A stretch of 62,387 nucleotides of DNA, the filler included, from Choristocarpus tenellus KU-1152 (lineage: Eukaryota; Protista; Phaeophyceae), in the NCBI GenBank assembly GCA_964200185.2. It is 13 parts of 13 records of this genome, joined end to end, with 100 filler letters (N's around TTAATTAATTAA, not from the genome) between each part and the next. Parts side by side here need not be neighbours in the genome. Positions count along the whole stretch, not along the records: positions 10,279 to 15,569 come from CAXNAD020011256.1; positions 15,670 to 18,250 come from CAXNAD020026575.1; positions 18,351 to 23,535 come from CAXNAD020011580.1; positions 23,636 to 28,884 come from CAXNAD020011355.1; 9 more parts are not named here. One strand, given 5' to 3'. The stretch's first letter is position 1. The number at the start of each line of letters is the position of its first letter. The notes beneath the pieces were generated by a model, which saw only the letters and a program-made list of their open reading frames with translations, made no database searches and was not told the DNA's origin. The position numbers and the translations under genes are program-made. Of this stretch, positions 11,600 through 24,013 are shown in pieces.

Positions 11600-14500
11600 A
11601 ATGCATAACTCATGGAATGCAAAGGTGCATGAACATGGTAGTCGGATACCAAGGCAAGATACACTGATGCAGAAAACAGCACAACCTGCAACTCTACCCA
11701 TACTTCAACAAAAAAACGAAACGACCGAAGCCCTATTTCAATTGCTGGGCGGACTTGAAATTGCATTCGTCTCCCTTCTCCCACCACTCTTTAAGCTTAG
11801 GATATGCCACGACAAGAAGGTACGCCATAGATTTAGGCATGTGGAGTACCTGGCGTTCCAAGGTTCGGGCTTCACAAGGCTCAAGAAGATAGCCTTCTTC
11901 GCCTGGAGCACTTCCACATGCTCGGGACGCAACGAATTCCCTGGCTTCCCTCCACGATCGCCGAGTTTAACCTGCGTGGACTCATGGACATAGCATTCAT
12001 CCCCGAAAACAAGAGAAACGGCCCCTTTACCGGCCTTGATAAACCTGAACCCAAGATCGTGTATGACTTGGGTGAGGATTTGAGTCTGCACTCGATACTG
12101 TGAAGAAGCAGGTTTCGTTGCCGATCGTAGGAGCTCGGTAACGCACGCCGCCATGAAGGCTTCAGTGATCCCCACATCGGATGCATCGCTGGAGTCGGCC
12201 GCGTCCTGTGTGATGCAATCCTCGTCACCATGAGATGATCTTTCGTCGTCATCGTCGTACCTTGATGTGGATGAACACGGATTTACCGCGTATCTGCCCA
12301 TTTTGGCAGAAGCGAAGACATCGTTGAAGAAGTCAGGTTCTAATTCGCTGCCATGAGGACCACCAGGCTGTTTGAAGGGTCTCGTCTGCCCAGCACCTTC
12401 TCTCGCCCTCTTTTTCCTAGATAGTGTCCTAAAACCCGGGACTTTGCCCTTCTCGGAAGGCTTGTCCCTCGGTTTTGGGGTATTATCGGCATGGACGTAG
12501 ATCTCACTTGGCCTCACACTATGGTCATACACGTTCCCTGACACTATGGTCATACACGTTCCCTGGCACTTTTGCCTCATCGCTGCCACTGCCCACTGAA
12601 TGGGCGTTCGGGGACATCCCTGTGTCACCCCGGACAGGCATGGACTCCAAGTCCTTGCCTAGCCACCCCCTCACGTCCTCCTGTGCAAGTTCCTCTGGAC
12701 ATGTGAAAGCGTCACAATCGGGTTGGTCCACCTCGTCTTCAGAGTCTCCTCTAACCCTCTTTTTCCTAATCAGGGTCATTTTGCACTTCCCTTTGCCCTT
12801 CTTGAAAGGCTTGTCCCTCAGGGTTGTGGTATTATTGTCATGTACGCGGTTCTCACTTGGCCTCACACTATGATCGTACATGTTCCCTGGTACTTGTGAC
12901 TCAGTTCTGCCGCTGTCCACTGAATGGGCGTTCGGGGACATCCCTGTGTCACTCCTGACAGGCATGTACTCTGAGTCCTTGCCTAGCCGCCCCCTTACGT
13001 CCTCCAGTGGAAGTTCCTTTGGACGTGTGAAAGCGTTATAAACGGGTTGGCCCCCATCACCTTCAGAGTCGTGTTCCGAGGGGGTGATTGTATGCGTCCC
13101 CCCTCATAGAGTCCTGCTTCCCGTACCTATTGCAGGGCTAGGCGATGGGCTATCTTGTTCCTCTTCATCATCTGGTGGGTTGGTCTTCCACAAGGTATAC
13201 GCGTGGACACGCCACCAGCTAACGTTGTCTTCACCAATGCAAAATTGCGGAAGGTGGAGAGTTCGTCTATGGGGAGTTTGATACTATTCGGATCCAGGTT
13301 GTCCCTGAGGGCGGTGCATGTGATTACCATGCCTCCTGGTCGGGTCTGGAGAAGGGCAACTTCTCTCTCGTGAGCGGCGCTCGTTTTGGACCTGAAGTTC
13401 TCGAGGTCATGCTCGGATGTGTCGTTCTTGTCTGGGGTGATAACGATGATTGTGACTCTAGTTATCTCTGCAATGGTGGAGGAGTGGGCAAAGGTCGTGG
13501 CCAAGTGGGGTTGAAAACAACGGGAGGAGATGTTAGCGTTAGGAGTCAAGGGATGAGATAGAGGTTCGTGTGAAGGAGTAAGCGCGGCAGCATGCAGAAA
13601 AGGATGCGGGGACTGAGGAAAGGATGGATCGACCAGAGTACTAGCGGTTCTTTAAAGGTGCGCCGATTATTTGAGCCCAGAAAACAGGAAGACGAATAGG
13701 GCTGGTAACATAGGGTGAAGAGGATGCGTACAGGACTAGCATGTAACCGCGACATAATAATTTCTCTCCTTTTGCCGGGTTCTGTCGATCGGTACAACAC
13801 AGCGAAAGTACGAAACAATGAGTTCAATGAGCAAACTTCGCACCCTTTGAAAGAACCGGAGAACCCTGTGAAAATGTTCGTTGTGAAACTGTCAAACGTC
13901 GGTAGCATCTATGAGAGTCTAGGTTGTGTGTTTGGAGTAGGGAACCATGTTTGGATGTTAACCTATGGCGATGTTGTACAATGATGTAATTGCTCGCCTG
14001 TGTATTCGTCACTGGTGTTCAGGGTAAATCCCTCAGAGTATTTGATGATGTCCAGATATTTTGTACCCTCCTCCACGTCCTCCCTCAACCAACACGAGGT
14101 CTCTTTTCACCTCTGAAATTTATGGGTTAGATTAATGTGCGCGATCAGGGCGTTTATTGTGAGGTGGCTTGATATGAACTCAAATACGGTGGACAGATGA
14201 GAGGATGAACTAATAATAGTTGAGTACCTTGTCGCTGAGGATGTATTTTTGGTAGGAGGACCCTCTACTGAAGACTCTCCTGGTGAGTCATTGGCGTAGG
14301 GGTCTATCCCGAGCTGTTTTTCCTTTTTAGGTCGTTCATAACTTGGATGGCGACCTCCAGGACAGCCCCCTTGATGAGGACATTTCTTTGTGTGCATACG
14401 TCTCATGTATGCCAACTGGACCTTCCAGGGTTAAGATGCCCACCCCTCCTCCGCCTGGGCGGCAGACGCCGTGTCTGGATCGCCGACTCCTGGTCTATTC

Positions 14501-15410
14501 TTCTTCACCTTTCCTCTTGTCTTCTTCTTTCCTTTGTCCTGGTCGGCCGGGGGCCGTTTTTCCGGATGCCCCTAAGAGTGCGAGAGAACTGTCATGGAGA
14601 AGCACATGGGTGGTGGAACAGTAAGTAACATTGATGACATAGGTATCTGCCTCGCGAGGTACGAACTAGGTGGTAAACATTGCGGCTGTTGCAGGGTCAG
14701 GAGGGGGGTATATGCTTATGCATCCATACTTTACTTCAATCGAGTAAGTCAGAATCGACTTACCCATTCCTCTGGAAATGTCTCTTTCCCGACAACATAC
14801 ATCAACGCAAGCGCGTCAGTAGGCGATTTTTTGCAGCCTGTTCTGAGAAGACGTGGGCAGCTACCTCGACAATGTCGCACCAGCAATGGTCTTGGGGAGT
14901 CTCCCCTGTAAGGATGGCTAAGCCGGCTCCAGCGAGGACATCGGTGCACATTCTTGCGAAATACTGCTCCTTGACTTCGTCCGTGAGCTACATGTATATC
15001 AAATGTGTGATTGTTTGTGGTTAGGATGCCGTTGAAGAACCGAGCTCTGAGGGTGTGGAGGAATTTGGGTTAGCAGTGTATCTATCAGGGAAGAAATACT
15101 TGGAAATGCGCGTAGTGCATCGGAACCTTATGGGCTTGGGACTCTTTGAAAACTGATCGCTTTACCGTTTGACAGAACAAATCAAACTCCTTCATTACTG
15201 TCTGCCCAATGTCAAGTGTGGCGTCGTCGTGTCGGGACAATGTGGTTGGGAATGTTTATCCCACCTTCAACCTGTAGGTGTGCGTGAATCCCCCACTGTT
15301 CTTGAGGGATTCGATGGCGGTGTCCGGATTAGCGTGCCACAGCACAGTGAACATGTGAACCACTCTGAAGTCGAATTTGTCCTGGTCAGGTGCGCGTTGG
15401 GTGTGTGGAG
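11600..15410 (-). pseudogene. Long decayed, intron-containing ORF of unknown function (likely transposon-associated)
   Basis: ORFs 14107-14415 and 13546-13908 share one frame, broken only by TGA (14107-09), TAG (13963-65) and TAG (13909-11). ORFs 12525-12965 and 11738-12628 join once a 25-bp tandem duplication is removed. Upstream exon-like blocks read QRAPDQDKFDFRVVHMF... and LTDEVKEQYFARMC... with plausible splice sites. Confidence 0.65.
12406..13070. repeat. 324-bp (108-codon) tandem duplication containing a 25-bp duplication (12516-12565)
   Basis: CTTCAGAGTC ends at 12746 and 13070 (324 apart). ACACTATGGTCATACACGTTCCCTG is exactly doubled at 12516-12540 and 12541-12565. Confidence 0.95.
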
Positions 15411-17054
15411 AATAACGTAATATGATCAGGACAGAAGAACGTGGGAGTGGGAGTGGGTTTGCTGGTTAATGGCCAAACAGGGCAAAATTCGTACCCTCTA
15501 AGATACTTTCAATCAACTCCTTCACACAATCACCCATCACTATGTACTCTGCCTCTGCAGTCCACTGTGNNNNNNNNNNNNNNNNNNNNNNNNNNNNNNN
15601 NNNNNNNNNNNNNTTAATTAATTAANNNNNNNNNNNNNNNNNNNNNNNNNNNNNNNNNNNNNNNNNNNNTGCAAGCGTCAGCATGTGTTGGGGGAGGAGG
15701 GGGAGAAGAGGGGGAGTAAGGGCGAGGGGGGGGAGGGGGGGGTCTCTGGGTATGCAAATATTGTGGGCTTCTTGGGGTCATTGGCTGTTGTTATAATTGA
15801 CTTGTTCACAGGTGTAGGGGTCCTTCCTGAAGTGTAGTCAAAGTATCATCCTCACATTGGCAACCCCAATGAAAACAAGGATGTTACATGTTTATGGTGT
15901 TTTTGTGTTTGCAATTTGGGGCAATCGTGGCCCCTCAGACCCGACTTTGCTACAAATACTTAGTTTCTAGTATATTTGCCACACTCTACCCTAATCCCCA
16001 TTTGCGCAACTGTTCTCAGCTTCTGCAGTGTGTGCTAGTCCAAAAAACTCACACTTTCTGCCTCTCTTAGAGCAGTCACACACATAATATGCCCCACAAC
16101 AGAGGTGCATGTACTTTGTAAAGTATTAGTACTAACTTATTTTTTCTCCCATATTTCTTTAGGCTGCAAGAGTCACTCCAAGGTACTAGAGTACACAGTT
16201 CTGATTGTGCTCATTTTCCGATGTAGGTAGTTCTGTAGTGAAGTAGTTGAAACATTGTATTTATTACTTGAAAACGGAACCTTGGATGAAGGTATCACAC
16301 CCGCTTGACCTTGCTTGACGAAACCTAGCATACACGGCGCACATGCGATCATAGCTCTTGATTTGTTTGTGCGCTGGATAAATGGTGTAACTGTTGAAGC
16401 AAATAGAAAAGAAGTGAGGGATTTTTGGAGTTCACTGTTTCCAGAGACGGCAAGGAAAAATTGGCTAAGAACATCGACTTGGTGAGGTAAAACAAACATC
16501 TCAAGGGATGGGACTTTTGTATGCATAACCAATGTGTCCTTGCTGGAGCTGCCCTGCTTTGCCACTCCCAATGAATAACTGCAGCAGAAAAACAACAATT
16601 TGGTTTTGGGGACTGACAGACGAGTCAATCATACACCCCCAAATAAAAAATATGACTCTTCCATTGCTTGAATTGAACCCCCGTCATCCACGGTAAAAAT
16701 TGCGAATGCAGTTAAGTGTATCCGTTACATGCTACAGTTACACTACCACATGTGCCCTGTAGCGATGGCTGATGTGTTCTGTTTCTGCATGCAATCGCAC
16801 AGGCACACTGTGAATTTGTGGCATTTTCAAAGGGACACAAAATGCTCAAGTGTTTCTCCAGGTCACCAAAAAAAATATTGTATCCACACTGAGACTGTGA
16901 GAGTGTCTAGAACAAAGCAATTGGACAGTATGCCCATCTATGTTTATGTAAAACTGGGTAGGCATCTTGGTTCTGTGAGTAGGACAGAAAATAAGCACAA
17001 AAACTGCACCATGTCTTTTTCAAGGCTTCTGTGAGATTGTACCCAGTGATTTTA

Positions 17055-17661
17055 CAGTACTGTGCAAAATGTTTAGTACAAATAATGTGAATTTCGCTTT
17101 TCTGTGCGTTGCTACGGGAAATTTTGTCATCCTCCTAATTTGTTATGGAACAAATCACTTCGTTGGTTCCTATTATACTGTGAATTTTGCAAAAAAAGAT
17201 TTTTACATCTCGCCGTAAGCTGACTATAAATAACTATATTTAAAGCAGTCCTTTGTCTTCTATCTAATACTTGGGTCAAATATATCCTTTAGCGTCCACG
17301 ACATCTCTGCATCTTTTTGGCATAGAGTGCACGAGATTCTTGAGATATTCCGGATTTATGTTTTATTTATGTTTTCCCACTCTTCTCGTAGTGCATCGAA
17401 CACTAACAATTCATCCATCAATTTATGTTTTGACAGGTTTTGACAGGTTTTGTGAACCTCTTTCGAACTTGCGAGTCCAGATGATCCCCATAGGCTCTCA
17501 ATGGGATTTAAATCAGGCGACTGTGCAGGCCATTCCCATCAAGGTCGCAGGCCACCGGTCACCCTTCAAATAGGCAAAAGGTTCTTCGCCGTATGCTTCG
17601 GATCGTTGTCCTGTCTGGAACTCCAATCTTGTATTTGTACTAAAAATTTTGCACAGTACTG
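17055..17661 (-). mobile_element. Tc1/mariner element, internally deleted (607 bp)
   Basis: About 30-bp TIRs CAGTACTGTGCAAAAT.TTTAGTACAAATA flanked by TA on both sides. Minus-strand remnants QDNDPKHTAK and WPAQSPDLNPIESLW are Tc1 DD34E motifs, with frameshifts. Confidence 0.95.
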
Positions 17662-18843
17662 TAAGGTTAAGGCTTTTGCTGCACATACTCTGAAAAACAA
17701 GTTGATATAATCTTGCCAGGGGTTGCCGACTTCACTACTACATTGAATTTTGGCAATCAAACATAAAATACAGTTCTTCAGTATATGCATGTCATATTTA
17801 ATGGAAATTTCTACAAAATGAAACACAATGCATTACAGTAAGTCCAATCACTTAATCACGCCAAGCATGGGAAACTAGGGTCGGCATATTCTGCTCTGGA
17901 CCCATGGTTAAAATAATCTATAATGTGCCTTGGCAGAGGAGAGTATATGACTTGGTGGGAATATGTAGTAGTAGAGTTACAAGGGGCTTGAGGTCTGACT
18001 TGCATTGACTGAACTTGTGGGGCTTGTAACTGGCAGTAGTCATTACTAGTGTTAGGTTAGTGTGGGGTTTGAGATTGTCCAAAATAACTACTACCTATGA
18101 ACACCTTATTTTCTCGTCTTCAGTTTGACATCTATCAAACAACACATGTATGTGGTAGATGCTTTCATGCACCACATACACAATCAGAAATGACACAATA
18201 TGAAACATTATTATGCCCTCAGTCTTTTTTCAGGTGTGTCGGGGCGGGGGNNNNNNNNNNNNNNNNNNNNNNNNNNNNNNNNNNNNNNNNNNNNTTAATT
18301 AATTAANNNNNNNNNNNNNNNNNNNNNNNNNNNNNNNNNNNNNNNNNNNNTCTCGATGGATGGAACCAAATCACCAAAAAATCACGATATACATGGAAAA
18401 AATGGCCCCAAATGGACAGCCGCCCCCCCCCCCCCCCCCAGATACTTCGAACCTTTAATTAATTACTTTTTTCTGTAGAGTTAGTTCTAAGTTTATGGTC
18501 CCTTCGAGGCAACGTACCCATTCTATTGGGTCAAGTATATCTAAACCTTTCTTTTCGTTTCCTACACCTATTTATTTCCTCTTGTATTCTTCTTTCCCGC
18601 ATTTTTTTCAAAAACATATTGACTGCCACTAAACACAGTATGGAAACATCCCTCGAAATCTTGAGATTGCGGGTAAAAAACAATTAAAAGTAGTTGTGTT
18701 TCATTGAAGTTTGTGTAACCGCCTTACTTCATAGTAGCAATATTATTGCATTCATATTGTCCAAAATCTGGCGAAACCGCCTGAGTGAACCCCCACCCAT
18801 CCAAGAAGAAACACTTAAGCGTCTTTGGATTAAACTACAACAG

Positions 18844-21800
18844 GATCTATTACCTTACAGCTTCCGACCTGGGCGAGTTAGACAGGATTATGGTGAAGCA
18901 GAACTGCTAGGCCTTTGTGCCCGAGCAATGACTGAAAAAGGTTTTGTCCGTGCGTTGGGGAGACAACCTTCCTACAACAGGTGCTGTACTCTGGCAATTT
19001 TATAGGGAACCAAATGCCCCATGTACAGACACTACTGCCAGAGCAGTGCCCATTTAATTTCGCATCGTATGATAGCGTCGGGAATAGGTTTACTTTTGTT
19101 AACGCCAACTATTCCCTGTCGGAAAAACCAGGGCTTTCGACGAGAGGAGTCGCATAGGCACACCTTCGCCGTACCCGTCGCGACTTGATCAAGGCGATGG
19201 GGAATGTGCAATGAGGTAAGGTCTTGAAAGTCTTCCTATCGATAGCAGAGGTGCATGCTCCCACATCTACATTATTCGCGCACCGAATCACTTCCTGTTA
19301 CAGAGCCCATCAAGTAGGGAGTCAGCCCAATTCTCGTGAATCTTGCACCTTGTTCCCAACCAATTCTTGACTGAATCATGACAACCTGGGAGTTCATCCC
19401 CCTTGATCATTAGCACCGTTCGAGGTAGCAAAGAGGTAGTCACCAACCACCAAGCTCAAGTGTGCCACCTCTGTTCCTATTCCTAATGCGATGGTAATAT
19501 TCTTTTCCTCCCAAACTGCAGGCGATGGAGGTCTTTGGGCCTGTCCACCTTGAGTCTAGGTGAGCTCATGACCCACTACGACGAGATAGAGGTGCGTACT
19601 CCGGGGTTCCTGCAGGCATCTAACGGAGATGCCTTCTTTTTTGTGGACAGAAAGAGCGGATTCCGCAGGCTTGTTGTGGATAATTCAGCCTCTACAATGA
19701 GAAACAGGGATCGGTGCAGGGCCAACATTTTGAAGAGCACCAGAAAGTGAGAGTCCTTTGATGACACCTTCGTCATGTGCGCAGTCACCGATTCTCGTAC
19801 AAGTAATGCTCGCTTCTCTAGTCTCTTAGCCGGGCATGGGTTTTTAGCTGTAATTCTTTATTATTGGTAAGTTTAGGAGAGAGATTGCGTTGATACAGTA
19901 GCCGTGCGTAACTCATGGCATTTTTTCAATCGCAAAAGTGTCCTTGATCAGGTTGCTAGCTACTGTATGTATGACCACAACAACATGGACTCCATTTCCT
20001 CATTCAGCAGATCCACACCGCATGTCCATACAATATTTTCAATGTATAGTTAGAGTTGTAGCATCTGATGAATGACAAGTGAAAGAATCCTAAAATGCTT
20101 GATGAATGTTCCCAATCACTTCTAGCATGTTGTTCCCTGTACCCTCTCCCCTTACCGAAAGTTCCAGCCTGCCGGTGGTGGCGTACGGAGTGAAGCTAAT
20201 GGGGATACAAAGGAGAAATCCTCACCCATCACCTCTTCCTCAAGCTGTTCCTTTGTTGGATGCCACAGCCTCAATTGCAGGGCTACCTCTTCCCACCCTT
20301 GCTGCTGGGTCCAACAGTAGCATCAGCAACGGCACTTTTTATGAGGGCAACCTCGCTGTTATCCACTCAGCAGCAACTGACCCTGCCATCGTGCAGCAGG
20401 CACCAGACCCCGTGCCTTTTAAGAAAGTCCTGTGGGAGTTTGGAGTGATATCCCTTATCTTCTTCCTGAGCCCCTGGGCAACAGCAAGCACTAAGTTTGT
20501 CAGCAGTGTACTTAAGGTGAGCAATACAGGTTGTGTCACTATGGAAGTCATTCAACCTATCTACCCCACGCCTTAATGCCACACCTGCTAGTAAATTTCG
20601 CAGAGGTACAAAGTATGTTCTCTCTTTGAATTGTGGCAATTTCCCATTGAATGCATTCTCTATCCCTGAATACGAGATGCTCCAGTTCCATGTGCTCACC
20701 TCCCCTTTCAGCAGACACTCACATACATGCTCACAAATATGTGTGTGAGGCACACAATAAGCTGAGGTTAACTCTATTTTTCCCTGGTCTGCTCTGAGAT
20801 AACATACCCAACCTAAGTTAAATTAAAGCAGAGATATCCAAAGTTGCATTTTAAGGATGATGCTAGCAAATATGTACAATATTTGGCATTTTTTACAAAT
20901 GCGTATAGACTATTTTCCGAATTTTATCTAAAATTTTCAAAGGATAGAGAAATCAACCCTCTCAAGTTAAGCTTAGCACTTTGACCATAGAAATATGGAT
21001 GAATTGCAAAAGATTGAAAAACTGACTCATGATGTAAAACGACCAAAATTGGGTTTCCACCTCTAATTTACTTTGGCTCCCAGAAGTTAGAGCTCCACCC
21101 TAACCCCTCATCTACCCTCCCCACACATCCCTGATTGGTGCAAGGCTGATGCTGGAGAAGTTGCAAATTCCAAAACCAAGGATGACGCAAAGGTCTGGTG
21201 CAAGCCAAAAGAGGTGAGTTTGGTGCGCACAGGGGGGAAGAATCTGAACTGCAGAAGTACTGTTTGGTTGCTACCCCTGATCAAAACCGCAGTGTCTTGT
21301 ATTTGATATCATGCTGCCTAAGAATCTGATCTGAATAATGCAAAGGTTGAACAGTTGTTTCAAATGCTGAGCCCTTTGAGTAGTCCCAATCTCCCCGTAC
21401 CTTGGTATATACTCATTCTCTCCTTCCACTGCCGTCCTCCATCCACCCTGTGACCACCGGTCCCTATATCACAGCCTAGCAAGCACCTCCAACACTGCCT
21501 GGAGAGACTTTCTTCAAAAGACCAGGCACTTGTACCAGGTCAGTTCCTAGTGTCGAGTCTGAGCCATGATGCTGGATCTTTCAACACAACAACAATGCTG
21601 CGAGAAGGGATGGAAGTTGTTGCAGGCTCCTGGATGAGCTTCATAGTGTGGGTTCCCAAGGGTGGGGGACTGATGGGATGTCAGGGCTGTGACCCTACAG
21701 CCCAGGAGTTAGGGGGTGCAAACTTCCATGTGTATCTGCCTCCCCTCCTTGTGAACGACCGCCAGTGCCGACTCCCCTGGCTGCAGAACCCACTACCTGG

Positions 21801-22119
21801 GAAGGGAAGAGGCTGGAGTTCGCCCTTCTGTTTTGGTAAATTTGATGAAGGAAGAGAGGCCGAGATGGCAAAGAAGGATAGGGATGCTGGGGCTGAGACT
21901 TCACCATTTGCAGCAGTGAAAGGGGGCCGTCTCTACTTGGGGGCCAGGGACACTGTGTACTATAAGAGTCCGCGCCACCGTGGGTGGGTCTGGGACAAGC
22001 TCATGCACTCCAGTGATCTTCAATCCTCCACTTTGGAGGTCACATCAGATGGCACTGTTCGTGTCGTGACGCCCAGGGGGAAAGTCCTCTGGAAGTCAGA
22101 AAACCCAAAATCTACTTAG
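18844..22119 (+). CDS. Multi-exon hypothetical protein with a hydrophobic segment and a C-terminal bulb-type-lectin-like region; exons about 18844-18980, 19132-19215, 19522-19746, 20162-20516, 21145-21213, 21475-22119
   Basis: Splice phases chain consistently (2,2,2,0,0). Hydrophobic stretch VLWEFGVISLIFFLSPWA. The last exon has LVPGQFLVS ... STLEVTSDGTVRVVTPRGKVLWKS, resembling B-lectin repeats (L..DG.L.L....G..LW.S). The start exon and the small fifth exon are uncertain. Confidence 0.6.
20810..21079 (-). mobile_element. MITE family C (about 270 bp), intronic
   Basis: Ends in TACTTTGGCTC, the terminus shared with families A and B. The reverse complement aligns with 59363-59571 plus 59844-59902. 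Confidence 0.75.
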
Positions 22120-24013
22120 GAAGGCTGGAGACTTCACTACTGTTTTTTGGGAGGGTTCTGTAGGTATATTTGTGTGCATGTGTGCGTGCGCGTGTGTGTG
22201 GAAGCTGGTTTGAGGCGTAGGATAGGTGAGATGTTGCAGGGGTTGGGGTTAGGATTGGTCTGCAGGCACAAAACATTTTCAATAGGCGCAGTGAAAAAAA
22301 TCTGTACTTCATACAAAATAGCAAGAGCCAATATTTATTTCCATTTGATAAACACAAAAAATGAGCCCAGTAGTCCTATGTATCTCCCGTGGTTGTGAGT
22401 GAGACATAGTGGGTGGTGGTTTGCAATTCTAGTTTGTGAACCCTTGCTGAAACAGCAAGTAAAATTGTCACAGTATATGGTCTTCATTATGGGGTAAGGT
22501 GCCGTGTGGGGGGCAACACGCAGACATTTTATGCTGCAGAATATGATGCAGACACATCAATTGCAAGCATGATCTACATACCATTATGTAGAATATGGTC
22601 CCCACTCCACTTCTGCACCACTTTGGCTCACGCAGTACAAACAATGCTCGTTGAAGAGTGGTTGAAGATATTAAGTTGTGAGATTCACTGTGACAAGAGA
22701 CAGTCCACATTGGGTGAACTGTTTTGTCATGGTGGAAAACGCACTAGGGAGCACAGCCTCAATAATCTACTTTCTGCTTTAATTGAGAATGTTCAAAACA
22801 ATTATTGGTTGGCTCAAAACAGGCTCAGGTTTGGCCAAACTCGAATCAGATATTAGAAGCATGTGAATTGACCTTACGCCATAAAGTGTAGACGTTCTTA
22901 TGAATGATGTACTGCAACACTGGGGTCTGGTGACAAGACTGCTATGAATCGGCAAGAACTTCCTGTTGGTCATATTTTTCTTGTACATAACTGAGCTAGT
23001 GAGATCAAACGCAACAATATTGACGACATACACATATTTGGATCAAATCTACAATGGTCAACAAATGACAAACCGCCTAAATGATTGATGAAACCCCACA
23101 GGTCCCCTCCCGCTTTCATCGCCCATGTAACAGTAACATGTACCCCAACTTGATTTGTTTGATTGGACGAGAAACTAGAAACGAGAGGAACACACTTGGA
23201 TCTTGGGATGAATCTTTTGATTTTTCCTCTCAATGAAACCTGGGTAGAGCTCTATTCCCCTGTACTTCAAATCAGTAGAAAAATAATAAGGTACAGAGTC
23301 CTCTTCCCAGTACCATTATTTTATTTTTTATGGGAATATCCCCACATTTTTGCTGATTGTTCTGTTTTGCAGCACCAATGTGTGATGTGACTTGCTGTAG
23401 TCAGAATCAGGTCTTGAAAATGTGAGGTTTGACCCAAAGTATCTGGAGGGGGGGGGGGGGGGCTAAACCAGGGGGCCCCCTTGGACCAAAATCAGGAAAA
23501 GTGCAATTACATTTTCTATCTGACATACGCAACCANNNNNNNNNNNNNNNNNNNNNNNNNNNNNNNNNNNNNNNNNNNNTTAATTAATTAANNNNNNNNN
23601 NNNNNNNNNNNNNNNNNNNNNNNNNNNNNNNNNNNCTGTGGGTCTTCCCGCTCCCCTTCATTACGAAGAACCTGTTGGCTGTTTCCACCTGTTTCACATA
23701 ATGTACGTATATATTGTTATTATGCCCTCTGACATTTTGCAGATGTGTCAGGGGGAAACCAATGAAAACTATACATATGTCATTAATAGAACTTTATTGT
23801 GGAAGTTAAGGGTAGTAGCAGTTTTATAGTTGTGGCTGTTTCTGAAATGAGTAGTGCGTCATACTATTATTAATACAAAAAATAGTGTTGCTTTGTGTGC
23901 ATTATATTAAATATGATCGATGTGGTGAGGCAGGGTCCGATCGGTCGTGGGGGGTGTCAGGCTTGTAGTTAACACCGTCCGGGTTAAATATGATGTTCTG
24001 TGCTGTGTCCCTT

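Noticed and set aside
13909-14109. In-frame TAG/TGA as stop-codon reassignment or selenocysteine
   Set aside because: The same ORF also has frameshifts, and intact genes in the window end in TAG (SRP19) and TGA (lipase). Ordinary pseudogene decay explains the stops.
16173-16628. 151-aa ORF, and likewise 28392-28877, 29479-29883, 30369-30767 and 49030-49479
   Set aside because: Mostly non-ATG starts, no splice-consistent partners, no motifs and composition like non-coding DNA. Most short ORFs in the track are antisense shadows or chance.
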